A model generated the notes under the pieces. The model was not told the DNA's origin and made no database searches. It worked only from the letters and a program-made list of their open reading frames with translations. A program made the translations under genes and the position numbers. A DNA stretch of 64,000 nt from Saccostrea cucullata (Eukaryota): assembly GCF_032062105.1 (NCBI RefSeq), contig NW_026920225.1, forward strand, positions 62,001 to 126,000. The letters run 5' to 3'. Numbering within the stretch: position 1 is the first letter of the stretch; each line of letters opens with the position of its first letter. Below are positions 10,901-24,700 of the stretch, in pieces.

Positions 10901-13089
10901 CTGACAAGCATACCTATACTGTGTCAAAGGAGGCACCTTGTGGAACCACATCTATTGTTCCTAGTCAAAGTCAGTCAGGGATTTCAGATCAGTCTAACTA
11001 TTTACATGTGTGCAATACAACAAAAGACATCCCTTTTGAATCTGTTGCCTCTCCTGTCATTTCTACTAATGATCAGAGTGAGACGGCACATAAAAATTCA
11101 TCAGCACAGAATTCATCCATCAAAGAACCAGACAGTACAGCTAAAGAAACTTGCAGAAATACTGCCTTTATTGCTTTCCAAAGTACACCTGTTGATAAGC
11201 CTTTTGCTGTCACCAATACGTCTGTTAGTGATAATACACAATCTAGAGCAATTTCAACCCAGGGTAAAACAATTATTACAACTAGTACCTCAGAGCTTGG
11301 AGCTCCCATCAGCACTACTTCACACACTCCTCATAAATCCGAAGTCTCAGCAAGTTTCATCAAGCCTTCCTCAGTTCCTACCGCTTTTTCACAGAGTGCT
11401 TTTTCTGATTGGAACAGAACACCAACACCTATTAGACCTTTGGTTTTCATTCCTCCTAAAAAGACCATGATGTCTGCCTTACAAAAAAGTTCAGAAGATG
11501 TTTCTACTGTTCAACAACAGAATCCTCCTAAAAAATCAAAGAGTGGACCTGATTCTCAAATGGAGAGACTTGATGGGCAACAGAAATCCCCCAGGGACAG
11601 TTACAGCAGCACTGCAGAGTGGGTCTTATCCCACTCAAATAGGTTTGTCAACACCAGCTCTGATAAAGTCGACAAGGGACCCAATGTGAATCAAGTCACT
11701 GCCAAGAAGCCCAAAACTAAGGAGGATGAGGGGGTTGATTTCAGCATAACTAGACAGTTAAAAGACAGAGGAGATATCAGTACAGGTATCAAAATGGAGA
11801 GAGAAGTAAAAGTTAAGGAAAGTGAACAGATGAAGTCTTCTTCTCCCATTGGTGGAAATAACACAAAGAAGTCTATATGGAATCAGCTAGAAAGGGAAGG
11901 TGGGGGAAAAGAAAATGCAAATGATTGGGAAGTAAAACAGACACAGTTTGAAAGTTTGACAGATGCTGATAGCAAGAACATCAACTTAAAAGCTATTGAT
12001 AGAAAAGAGAATACAGTGTGTGTTAACAGAGAACATTTTCAAAAATCTGGGCTCCATGGAGACAAACAATTTAAATCAATCCAGTTAAATGTAGATGGAA
12101 GCACTATTTCACCATCAAGAAATTCCTCTGAATGTCAGGAGCTGAAGAAAGAAATAGAGGTTTCAGGCAGAATGAATGTTAAAGGCATTCCAAATAGCTC
12201 AAATGAACCATTTCTTGGAAATCCAAGGGAAAATTATGAAGATTACAGAGATTTTAAAAGGCCATTAAATACTTACACAAGTGAATCCATGTTTTCTCCT
12301 ATCTCAGCAAGACAGAAGAAGAAGGTGTACATTGATGGCTCCCTTCAGAGAAGAAGAGTGTTGGAAACACAGAAAGAGAAAGGTGAGGCAGGGAAAGACG
12401 CTGTGGATAATGTGATTGCTGGACAAGATGAAGACGGGGGATTGAAAGATGATGGTGTGAAAACAGAATCCAAAGACAGCAATATGGAAAGAGAGATTTT
12501 AGCACAGAGGGTTGAAGCAATAGAAAACATTGAAGAGTATGAACTTGCAGAAGAGGTAGTTAAAGATTCTCAAAGAGGAAGTGTTGCTGATTTAGAAGAG
12601 ATGAGTTGTCAAAGATCCCACAATAATTTAGCAGACAGTAATGGAGAACGGAATGGACATAGAAATAGAAAGAAGGAAGGACTTGGAGGGGGAAATTGTC
12701 CTTCTCAGTTACACAACATGGGATCACAGGAGAGACCAGGCAAAGATGGAGAAGATTTGGAAAGACGTGATGAACTGCCTCTTCTCTGTGACTCTGAAAA
12801 CTCTGAACTGGAGGAAGATTTTAAAATGGCTGAAGAGGAACCTGACAGCCTGCCAGAGAATTCAGCTGTTATGATGAGGGTGAAGCCTCAAGTGAAAAAA
12901 GATGAGGGTCCACCATTACCCCAGGCAGGCGGAGTAGACGTTCCTACAATGTTGCCTAGGAGACTAAGTGCTAAGAGGTTAAGTTCGATGATGGTTCGCC
13001 CCGAGAGTCCGGAAGCCGTGTACATCCTGTCTGAGGTCTTCTTAGCAATACTGATATTCCTCATCTCAATGCTTTTCTTATTCTTCTGA
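7925..13089 (+). CDS. FERM gene, giant terminal exon (isoform A): low-complexity S/E/D-rich region ending in a hydrophobic C-terminal helix
   Basis: Phase-1 acceptor at 7923-7924 is in frame with the FA exon. The ORF is open for 5165 nt to TGA at 13089 and ends VYILSEVFLAILIFLISMLFLFF*. An AATAAA at 14776 is followed by GT-rich sequence. An internal phase-0 donor ATG|gtacgt follows 8235. Confidence 0.85.
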
Positions 13090-15715
13090 GTCAGAATAGA
13101 AGCTTATTTAAAGTTTGTGAAATTGTTTTAGAGGCCTATCCTATAAACATTTATTAAAAGTTGCAATATCATATATTTTAATCATTGTTTGAACCCCATC
13201 TAGCACAGAATCTAAACTATAAAAGACAATGTCATATAAAACATATAATGGGAACTTTTTTTTTGAATAACATTTTCTGTAAGTTTTTTTTCTTTCTTTT
13301 TTTTTTATAGCTAAAATGGCTGTAATATTTTTCATATCAATTTTTTTAAAGGTAATAATATCTTCTTTTATTTTTGTCTTCATTTCAAATTCCTCGTTCT
13401 TTACAGAGGAATGAACATATTTAGTATATGTATGGTATACAAATATTGATTTTTTTTCTTTTGATTATTATATTCTGATGACTGTGATACAGTTTGGCTT
13501 GTACTTATGTTATATTTAATCCTGCTCTAGTCCCAGACTGTCCATATTATTAAGCCATGTTTTACATAGTTCTACATTTAAAAGATTTAGTCGTTATTCT
13601 TATGTTGAAGCTTTGATGCTACTTTATAGTTTAATCCATTCTTCTGGAAGTGCCATGCAATAGTTTAGAAATGAAATCCAAGTGAAGAGTTCATATACAT
13701 TTGTTACCGTATAAGTACATTTTCAAATAGAATATATAACTTTAAAAAATCTTTGTAAAATTGATGTTTGAATGTAAAATTGTTAAATATAGTGCTGTAT
13801 TTTTGTAATGGTTTGCTTTATTGAGGAATATGTTTTACAAACACATTTTTGTTTAATTTTGTTTATGTGTCTCAGGTTTTCATATAAATTTACATTATTA
13901 TATTTACACTGTTGTTCTTGCATATTGTTGTTTTCATATACAAGAGGTATTGTAAAAGAAAGGAATGAAGAAAATGCTGAAAAGCAATTTGGGAATGCTA
14001 TTTGTAAAAAAAAATCTTGTTTCCTTGGTTTCATCTATTAATTGTTTTCTTGTTAGTATAATTAAAACTGAAGGGAAAATGTGTACTTTTCAGTCATTTT
14101 TAATTTTACAGAAATTCAAGAGTTTGAGATGTACCTGAATAGCTCAGTTTTCTGAAGCAAGTGTGGTTGTTTTGTTGCCAATTTTTTTTTTTCATCATCT
14201 CTCCCTCAAAATTCATTGTACTGTTGATCAATTCAGGAAAATGCTGGCCATTCACTTCTGAATTATTCATGTACTCTATATATTTTTGCAGATTAATATT
14301 TTATGTTCATTATCTTTTTTCAACAATTGTAGATATGAAATTCCAACCTAACATTCTGTCTCGAATGAATTATTTTATTTAAAAAATTGAATTATCTTCC
14401 ATTTTGGGTATAGAACCATTTCTCGCATTGCTATGGATACATCCCTGTATTTCAAACAATTTTAATATGATAATGCACAAGACAGCAAGATTTGGATTGT
14501 TAAGCTAACATGTACATTATAGGACACATGACATTCACTTTGAGTTTTGAAACAGATAATCAAATTTTCAATCTTTTGCTTTCCTTTGGCTTTTGTACTT
14601 AGTAAGTGCTAAATTAATAATTTTCTTTGCTTTGTACACATGATTATTATTATGTACTTAAAGAAGTCACTTATACACTTGTTTTCTGTTTGTATAGGTA
14701 AAATCTTGTGTTCATTTGAATTATTTATTTTGCTAAAAATGTTGAATTGTTAACTTTGCTGAAATACTGGAGCGAAATAAAAGATGCTATAAAACGGATG
14801 TTGTTCTTCATATGAAAATGTTTACATGTGATTGAGTAACATTCTGTATATATGGTTTTTTCCACAAGGTACTTATTTTGCATTGTGTATTTGATCACAA
14901 ATTTTCAACAGGATTCCACACCGCATATTGAAAATGCAGTTAAGACGTGAAATGTCAAACCATTAACTACCTGCAGTTTCAGCAGAAATTGTTATTAAAC
15001 AGCATTTTAATGTCACAGTGGAAAAAAGTATGTTTACAGTATTTCATATGAATAGGATTACTCATTTCCAAACGAGTTGCACCATTAGCCTTTCTCCTGT
15101 CTTGTTGTGAAAAATGTCGCCACCGATGATCGAAATACTTATCTTGTAATGCATGCACAGCTAAATATGTGTAGTATATGTCTAAATATAGTAACTAACC
15201 TTTTGTCTATGTCGTACAATTGTACAGATTTTATAACAAGGTATTTATATAGCCCAGTGATGGATATTTGGGGCACCTGCTTGCGGGTTTGGAGGAGACA
15301 TATAACTGATCTTTCCTTCAGAGAAATACTAACAACTAATATTAATCAAGTAAAATAAAAGTATACCATTTGCTAACATATTCTAATAACTGCTTACTAT
15401 ATTTGTTTATCATACATGATATTGGATTAACAGGGAAAAATATTTCTTGCTTATTCCCAATTTTACCAACATTTTAAAATTCTTGCAAACTTGAAAAAAA
15501 GTAATAACTTTTTTTAATCAGAATGAATGGCATACTTCTTCATGACATGACAGGAGAATTAACAATTATTGGTATGAACTATGAATTTGAACATAAATGC
15601 AACTTTCTAATCAGAATAAACAATCTTTTTCTTCTTAAAAATGTTCAGTGGTCCCATTTTCCCCTGCAGAGTAATTGCTAATATTAATAATGAAAATCTG
15701 GGCTTTGCTTTGTAG

Positions 15716-18700
15716 GAAAGGTCAGTTGATGTCCCTCCAAACGAGCAAGAACCCCCGAGTGTACATAACCTCCCCTCCCCACCACTCGACCCCCCAGCAC
15801 TCCTTAGCAAAGAGGAGCGAAAGAAACGAGAGAAAGAGGAAAAGGAGCGTAAGAAGAGAGAGAAGGAGGAACAAAAACGGAAGAAGAAAGAGGAGGAGAA
15901 AGAAAAAAAGAGGCTGGCCAAGGAGAAGAAGAAGAAGCCGCCGGTGGAGGAGAAGTGGCAGGAGGCTGTGGCAGTGTCGGCTACCACAGAAACCGTGGTG
16001 GTGTCTGATCGGGCACCGCGGAGAATGAGCAGCTTTGAGGAGCAGAAAGAGGATAAGGTGAGTCCTAGCTTTCTTAATAAATATAGGTTTATATGCATGG
16101 ATATTGAATTTGCTGCATGATGGATTGTCAGTTTGAATTGTTCATTTATAATTTTTCCAAAATTTTGTTGAAAGACAAATGAGAGAAAAAAGTTCTTAAC
16201 CAAATTTGTTATAGTCAAGCTTATTTAATCATTGCATTTGTCTTGAAATATGTAGATAAATATCTTTGTTTGAAACTTTGGGGGTTTGATTGTGTTGGTT
16301 TCATTTCGTACTGCATTGCATTGAATATTTCATTTACTTATCAATTAATATTTGTATTAATCCAAGGTAAGTAAGAAAGAACAACTCTAACCCTTTAACA
16401 AGAGAAAAGAAATACCATATGTAATCAGGAATAATGCATGCTCTTTTCCTGTAATTAGCCTGAACATCGCGAGGCCGATGAACGAGAGGTAAAGAGTGCG
16501 GAGGCAGAAGGGGATTCTGAGAGTGATCGAGCCGATCAGGGCTCGGAGCAGGAGGGGTCAGAGAAAGAGGACGACCCCAAAGACGAGAAAGCGACCAAAG
16601 AGGTTACATATCACACGGTGTGACTCTCAACACACTAATCAAAGCTTCAGTCCTCTTACTAACTTATACTGTAGGCTATGTCTCTAGCGCCACTTTGTGT
16701 GTGAGTTTGGGGTTTTAGCTGTGGCCAGTTATCTAGAATTGCTGATGACCAGAGGAAATCCAGACCTTTGATATAACATGCTTTGCTTCTGCTAATATTT
16801 GAGAAGATTTTTTTGCAGTACCAGGGTACTCAAGTATTTGTTTTCACAGGATGTACAGAGCATAGCCAATTTAAACCTTGGACTTGTATTATGTGAACAA
16901 AAACAAATAATTATTTTGAGTCTAAATTTATATCTTTAAATTGATTAATACAAACAGTAGAGGTACTTGAATCAGAAATTACCTTTTAATTAGTTTTCTA
17001 ATTTTCTTCATGAAGGATGTTATAAGAATCTTAATTGTACTGTTAAAATGTGAAATTGGCAAGATTTGATTATATATATTACACCCCAACAAAACATACG
17101 TGTATCTGTAGAGTAAATAGATCAAATGGTACTGTAAATCACTTTTTATTCACGAGAACCTTATTTTCGCGTAATTACGCGAGACAGTGTGCTTATGAAA
17201 ATTTAATTCTCGCGTATAATAGCATTCCTTAAAATTATACAGAGGAATAATGACAATTCATGAAAATTTTGATTCACCAATCAAGAACCAATGACTCGCA
17301 AAAGTAAGGTATCGCAAAAATTTAGTGATTTTCAGTATTTTAAGTATAATTAACTATTCTTTTAATAAAGCATGGACAAAAGTATATAGACTAAAAATCC
17401 TATAAACTATAGCTAGTGAACTGTTGATAGGCATTAAAGCATCACCTTTTATGCAGCCATCTTCTTGGTAAACAACATGCTATAAAACATGGCCAGGCTT
17501 CTTAACTGGCCTGGATTTGATTTTGTCTTCAAAATTAGCTGAACTCTTAATTCATAGTGTTTACAATGCAACAAATAATAAGAACAATTTTAATGTAAAA
17601 TAAAAAGAGAAAACATGAATATATGTGGCAATATGGTATCCCTCCCAGCATTACTGACTTAACATTGTGTGGGGGGGGGGGTATTAGATGGCATACCTAA
17701 TGGTGATTCTTTAATAGCTCTATCCATATTTAGCCATGTTTGAATGTTGAATTTTGTTGTGGTGTGGTCATAGTTGGATCCATAATTTCTATAACCATTC
17801 TTTGAAGGGGATTTATGATAATTTATTAAAGAGTAAAACTGTTTTGGGAATTTATATTAATTAATAAATAACATTTAAAAACAGAAAGAGAAGGATAATA
17901 TAACTTATTATAATTGAGATGGTCATGCATGCCCCCGTTAACTTGGGATTAATGAGAATTAATGTTTCTGATTTCAGTCCTACGAAAATAAGGCTTTTAG
18001 CGTAAGACATGACTCACTTACTAGTAACCTTGGTACATACCTAGGCCTTGTACTGCTAGTCATCAGTTGTTTGTCATTGCTGAAAATGTCGTTGTGCTGG
18101 AAAAGCTCAGATCATAATTCAATTTGGTCATTATTTGTTCTGCATGAATATATGCATGAATTTCAAAACTTGAGAAAAAAATCTTTTCAAAAAGTTAAAA
18201 TAAGGAGAAACAATTTTTTTTAGATCTCTATTGTACAATTTAGATTTTGTTGGATGTGTGTGTACGTGCAGTTAGAATAATAAAAGCTTCAATGTCTTTT
18301 TTTATATAAATATATATATACGTACGTATGCTATGTATCCTCAGTTTTAACAAAGGACTTAAGCCAGAATGTACAAAAATCCGCCCTGTCACCAAAACGG
18401 ATGAAACTTTTTCAAACAATGCTCTTAGATTAGTATATTATATAACATTTTATTTTTTAACAATATATATATGAATTTGGTATTGTTCTCACTGATAATT
18501 CTACGACGTCATGACGTTGCCGTTACTTATTCTAACGTCATGACGTTGCCTTTACTTACTTTAATGTCATGACGTCAATCGTATATACTTTAACGTCATG
18601 ATAAGAAATTAATAAGTAGTAAACATGTAATATATATATATTCTAAGGAGGAAAAAATTCAATTATTTTTATATAAATCTCAATTTATCAATTTTTCTTC

Positions 18701-21700
18701 AAAGAAATTCTGAGGCATTGAAAAGAGTTTAGTGTTACTTGCTTTTCTTATAGTCTGTACTTCTCTAAAGAAAATATATACTCGTACTTCATAAGCAGTT
18801 ACGCTGTTTATTTACTATTTTATAAATGTAACAGTGTCAATTTAAAATAATAATAACAAAATTATCAGTTTTGTAAACATTTGTATTTCTTGCTCCAATA
18901 GAATTCATAATACACAAAATATTGAAGTAACCTTCACTTAAACATATTCTTAAAGTAAAACATAAAAATACATACATCAGAAATAATGTATAATGTATAT
19001 GCAAAGTCAAGTTATGCCTTTTTACTGATTATTGCTACAATATCACACCTGACTTAAAACTCACACATGAGATTATAAACAGTTAAATTAAATAAATAAG
19101 ACTCTACATGCGGAGCGGCCAAATTTCCGCTTCCGACTTAAAACTCACACATGAGATTATAAACAGGTAAATTAGAAAAATAAGACTCTACATGCGGAGC
19201 GGCCAAATTTCCGCCTCCGACTTAAAACTCACACATGAGATTATAAACAGGTAAATTAGAAAAATAAGACTCTACATGCGGAGCGGCCAAATTTCCGCCT
19301 CCGACTTAAAACTCACACATGAGATTATAAACAGGTAAATTGAAAAAATAAGACTCTACATGCGGAGCGGCCAAATTTCCGCTTCCGACTTAAAACTCAC
19401 ACATGAGATTATAAACAGGTAAATTAGAAAAATAAGACTCTACATGCGGAGCGGCCAAATTTCCGCCTCCGACTTAAAACTCACACATGAGATTATAAAC
19501 AGGTAAATTAGAAAAATAAGACTCTACATGCGGAGCGGCCAAATTTCCGCCTCCGACTTAAAACTCACACATGAGATTATAAACAGGTAAATTAGAAAAA
19601 TAAGACTCTACATGCGGAGCGGCCAAATTTCCGCCTCCGACTTAAAACTCACACATGAGATTATAAACAGGTAAATTGAAAAAAATAACAATTTTTTTTA
19701 AAAACATATATACAACATATATATAAAATAACAATATATAAAATACAATGAAGATTAACTAACTGTTCACTCCTCGGGAACACTTCCACAACTACTGTCA
19801 TCACTGTCAGACTCGTCCAAAGCAGGTGGGATGTCAGCTGCATCAAGGACATGCTCACTCCAGTCACGCACACCATATGTCCATTGTTCATGCCTTCCTT
19901 TTGCCAGGTACCAAATGATGGCTGCTATGTGAGAGCACATGCCTACAACTCTGGCACCCGCTCTGCAGGTACAATACCATGCTACTACAGAGTCATCAGA
20001 ATACTCAATCCAAACTAAATACTGTTTTGATGATGTGTGCCGACTCTGAATTTTTACCTTTAGGAGCCTATCATTTTCTTTATGGAAGGAAATATCACAA
20101 CCTCCCTCAATGTGTTCTTGAATATAGCTACGAGAGAGCTTCAATTGATAGGTGCCACAAGTCAAATTCCGCAACTTATCCTCATCCAACATGGGGAAAT
20201 TCTGAATTTCACATTCAAGAACTGTTTGCCATTGAGTAGATCTTCTGTTAAGTCCATTCTCCTGAACCATTTGTTTGAGATTATTCACCTATTAAGAAAG
20301 GCAGTAATGCAATGCATATATGAACTGAATCATGTGCATGTAATTATAACTTATATACTGATGTATTCAAGAGAGATGAGCAAGATAGAATTAAAAAATT
20401 AAATGTCTTCTTAAATGCAGATTTTTGCAGCTGCTCAATTACATTACGATATTATACAAAAAAATCAATTTGTACAACTTAAATACCTGTTTGGACAGAT
20501 AGAGCATTTTTGCTGCCTCTGCATCATCAGCCTCAGTGCTGTTACTTTTACTAAGGGGTGGAGAGAATCTGTTTGAGAGAGCGCAGACTATCCTCACATA
20601 GTCACCGATGAAGGGAATTTGATTAGTGGGTAGAGTCTTCTCTAAATATCTCCACCTTTTGATACGTGCGTTTGAAGATTCCACTACCCATCTGACCTGA
20701 AAAATATGTTTTCAAAACTTATTCATAGTAAATATATCTTCACAAGAAATTGTAAATAAATTTATTGAAAGAATTTACATGTTATTTACCTTTGTCACAA
20801 GTCTGCTCATATCTGCATCATCAGTAGTCATTTGGTTTTGTCCCTTGAGCAGAAATCGGGGCATTTCTGCCTGGATTCCAAGGTCTTCAAGAAGAGGCAA
20901 AGCATCCCTGAACCCGCGGTCAACAATAAAGATGTCGTCTTCACTTAGCCAGTTCCGAATATCTTAAGCATTTGTTTTAATGATATGTTGCAGGATTGAA
21001 GCATCATTGTTTTTATTATCAGCTAGATATGGTCCTAAGATTGAAACATAGTAACCAGTAGTAGTCACGATAACCATAGGTTTGATTAGTGGTCTCCCCT
21101 TGTGGATGCTGTAAGAACGTCTATGGAAGTGGAAATTATTGCTCTTGGCTGTGTATATGTAAGTACATGTACCATCCAGTACCAATATGGCCTGTTTCTT
21201 CTCGATGTTACCGAACAGTGTCTGTGCTAGCTGCCGTGTATGGTCATCGATGACTTCCTCTCTTCTTATGTGTTCAAACCCAAGATGGTGCGGCACAAAG
21301 CTGATCATCAATGCTGTTCTTACAGCACTAATAGCTCTCCTTAAGCTGGATTTGGAAGTTTGGAAAAGTGTTGACAGTATTTGATTGGACAAACCAGTTT
21401 TTAATTTGCACAGGAATATTGCAACGGATTTTCTTAGACTTCTAGATGGTGTTGGTTTCACTTCATCTCTCACAGAGTCACATATTGTATGGAAATCTTC
21501 CTTGTTGAGTCCCAGCAAAGATAAATAGTCTGTATCGGTCAGAGTCATGGTGCCATCAAAGTCCAAAAAAGACTTGTCATATTTATGACATAAAACACGC
21601 ATCTCTTGAAGTAAACTTAGGATGGTAGTTCTGTTAACAAAGGCATGGTCTGTTGTTGGTAATTGCTGAATTGCAGCAGTTGTGAAACGTCCATTTTCCA

Positions 21701-24700
21701 CATGACCAGGACAACATCTATTTCCGGATGGAATTAAGACATCGTGTTCGATAAAAACAGATGTGCGGCATTCTGGTGACACTACTATCAATTTTGGCCC
21801 TGGTTTCTTACAAACGATACAACAGGCATGAGTCTTCGCAGTGGATTTAAGGTGCAAGGATACAGATGGTGGAATGGAGAGATGTTTTCTGTTGTCATTT
21901 GTTTCGGACGCTGGACATTTCCTGTGAATTGCGGTAGAGCAGGGTGTTGCAGATGGTTTACGGCATGAAACATCTCTGTAATAATTGCTTCTACATTTGC
22001 TGCATATGACAGAATTATCCCTTCCTTCTACCATAAACCTTTTTCTTAAATATTTTCTTATGCCTTTGTCAAAATGCCTCCTTTCATTGGGTTTTGTTCT
22101 TTTAGAGCACAATACACAGTTGAAGTATTCAGTTTTGTGTCCTGGCATTATCTGAAATTAAATATAAGAATGTTTACATTTTATGCATTATTATCCAGGC
22201 ATACTAAGAATTCATATACCTTTCCAACTGAATAAAATGACATTTTTTATTTCATTTTACTGCTATAATTTATTTTAAACTACAGCCAAAAAGGCTTATT
22301 AAAATTGTGATCTTTTGAAAATATCTTCTCAATCTCATCCAGATTAGAATAACAATAAAATAATTTTCCCATGGTCTAAGCTATCTACATGTATGCTCAG
22401 ATTCATGGACTTAAATATTGATAAAACTTTGCCCGAGGAAGAACATGAATTTTTACATCATTGTACAAAAATTGTCTTCTACTTACTCTAGGAATACTTC
22501 AAAGATATTCGAGTTTAACCACCTAAAATATTGCTGCTTTATTTTTGTTTTAAAAATCTTTAAAACTCTTCACTGTGATATTTATTTTATGGACTTTTTT
22601 CTCCTTTCTATTTAAATATGCACACGCGTTAGGATCCACCCCCCAATTTCAGCAATTTATATTTAATAACCTGGGAAAGAACAACAAAAATAAAGTAGCA
22701 GAATTATAATATTAAAATTAATTTTGGCAGTTTATTACTTTAAAACATTTAAAACTACTAATTATGTTTAATGAATTTGCTTTAACATGCTTTAATTTGC
22801 ATTGTTGAATATATTGTTTTAAGAAAAAATCATTTTTAATGAAAAATCATTAAAAATATATTTAAAAGGAACATGAATTTTTTAAAGAGAGGTAACTCGT
22901 GACAACAAAAACAAAAAAAACACCTGATATAACAATATGTTGAATATCTGTGTTAATTTGTCTATTTTTCGGTAAATTATGACTATTAGAAATGTAAACT
23001 AATATTTTTACATTGATATATGGTCTTATAAATACGTACTTTTATTTTATTTCAAAAATAGAGGGGATTCAGATTGACATGTTCCAATGTTATCATTGCT
23101 GAAATTTGAACTAGATACTCATAGGTCTAACATTATATACAGATTTTAATAAAACTTAATTTAGACCAATGCCGATCTTTTTTGCATCTCAATCACATAT
23201 GGGTCAAGCGAGCGGTCCATGTATTATCAGCTCAGAATCATCATATTATATTGATGCATGTGTATGTTAAAGCTTACTTTACTTATATGTTTAGAAGAAT
23301 AAAGATACTCACCACAACAAAGTCATGTAAACGTCTCTATCTTCAGTCGATTTAACTATGCATTGTATATTGGTTCCATTGCATTCCGGATAGTCAGTTA
23401 TATTTTATCACATCGGGATCGGAAATATTCACCTTTTTACAGATGCTAGTTTTGCCGAGTGGATTTTATATCCTTTAAAATTCATTTACGGGCACAATAA
23501 ATTATTCAAAAATAAATCATTTAATGTGACTATTTAAGTCTAACCTTTATTTCTACTAAGCCCTACTGAGAGGGGGAAAAATCCGGAAATTATCGTTTAC
23601 ACAAGTCAGGCATCAAAGTACTGAGAAGTATGATTTAAGTAGGGCGCCACACGTGAACCACCAAAAACCAAATGAATTATGGATTAACATATATCAAGTT
23701 AACTGTGTTTAAATTTTCATCATGGTTTAAGGTTGGCGCCTTTAAAAAAATCGCTGTAAAAAGGTCTAAATTTCTTTGAAACTTGGTATTTTAGCATTAC
23801 CGCATCCGGTTTTGATGTTTATAATACGGCACGTGCTGTTTCCTTCCCAAAAATCAAGACGGAGACCAAAGGTTTAACATCTAGTAAAAAGTTGGCCTAC
23901 GTTTCGCTGCTTAATAATGAAGTTTGATTTTCAGGAATTGACAGGGCCAAATCATGCAGATTTTGGCTTAAGTTCTTTATATTGAAATATATATATTTAG
24001 ATCTAATTAATGAAAATTACATTTCTGGGAGGAATTTTTGGCAATGCTCATCATTTTACTTCTCTTTGGGGCTAGAAACAAGTCTTAATGATTTTCATTG
24101 GGCATGCATGTTTTCAGAATCAATTAAAAGCATTTTGCTTGTTTAAAAAAAAAAAAAAAACATGATCATACATTATGAATGCAGGAATATCTGGTCCATT
24201 ATTTTTTTTTTAAGTATTTGCCTGAAAGTTAGTATTTGTCTTTGAATTTTGTTCTAGCCCTGTATTTTCAGTGTGTATTCAATTCTCCCATGCATATATT
24301 TGTTTAGATTTATCAATTCCATGTAAACAATTAATAGCTAGTGTAGACTATCTATAATGTGATAATCAGTTTTGTGATTTTTCTTTACCTTGCAATTATT
24401 TATAGTTTATGCCATGGATTTAATTTGTACTATCTTTTTTTTCTTCATTTACCAATCCTTTTCCCAAAATATTTCCCCTTCTTATATACACTATACTCTT
24501 TTCCTGTTCCCTGTTTTGGTTGGATATTTTGGAATGATAAAATTATGAAGATTGATAAACATATAATTATAAATAAAACCCTCAAAATAGCCATGCAGAC
24601 TTTACAATATTTATAAAATCTAAATTTATCTTTTCCTGTTTGTAGGCCAAGGATGAGAATCTAAACCGCAGCACAGACCGAGTAGGAGAGGAGTTTGATT

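Larger units (their letters stand above)
18355..23975 (-). mobile_element. 5.6-kb cut-and-paste DNA transposon (Harbinger/ISL2EU/Spy-related DDE_Tnp_4 type) in a FERM intron
   Basis: Imperfect ~36-bp TIRs GGACTTAAGCCAGAAT...GCCCTGTCA and (rc) GAACTTAAGCCAAAAT...GCCCTGTCA, flanked by AAA and TTT. Contains a spliced transposase gene, subterminal palindromes and a minisatellite. Confidence 0.85.

Noticed and set aside
10832-11470. 212-aa overlapping ORF inside the giant exon
   Set aside because: Alternative-frame shadow of Ser/Thr-rich codons, with no recognisable domain.
15607-16218. ORFs 15675-16028 (+) and 15607-16218 (-)
   Set aside because: Off-frame and antisense shadows of the real exon 15716-16057.
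19051-19688. CRISPR-like array with a palindromic repeat
   Set aside because: The units are fully repeated with no unique spacers, there are no cas genes, and the context is eukaryotic.
18359-23971. piggyBac-like TTAA TSD for the large transposon
   Set aside because: Inverted symmetry extends outside the TTAA, the related element at 3673 lacks it, and the transposase is not piggyBac-type.
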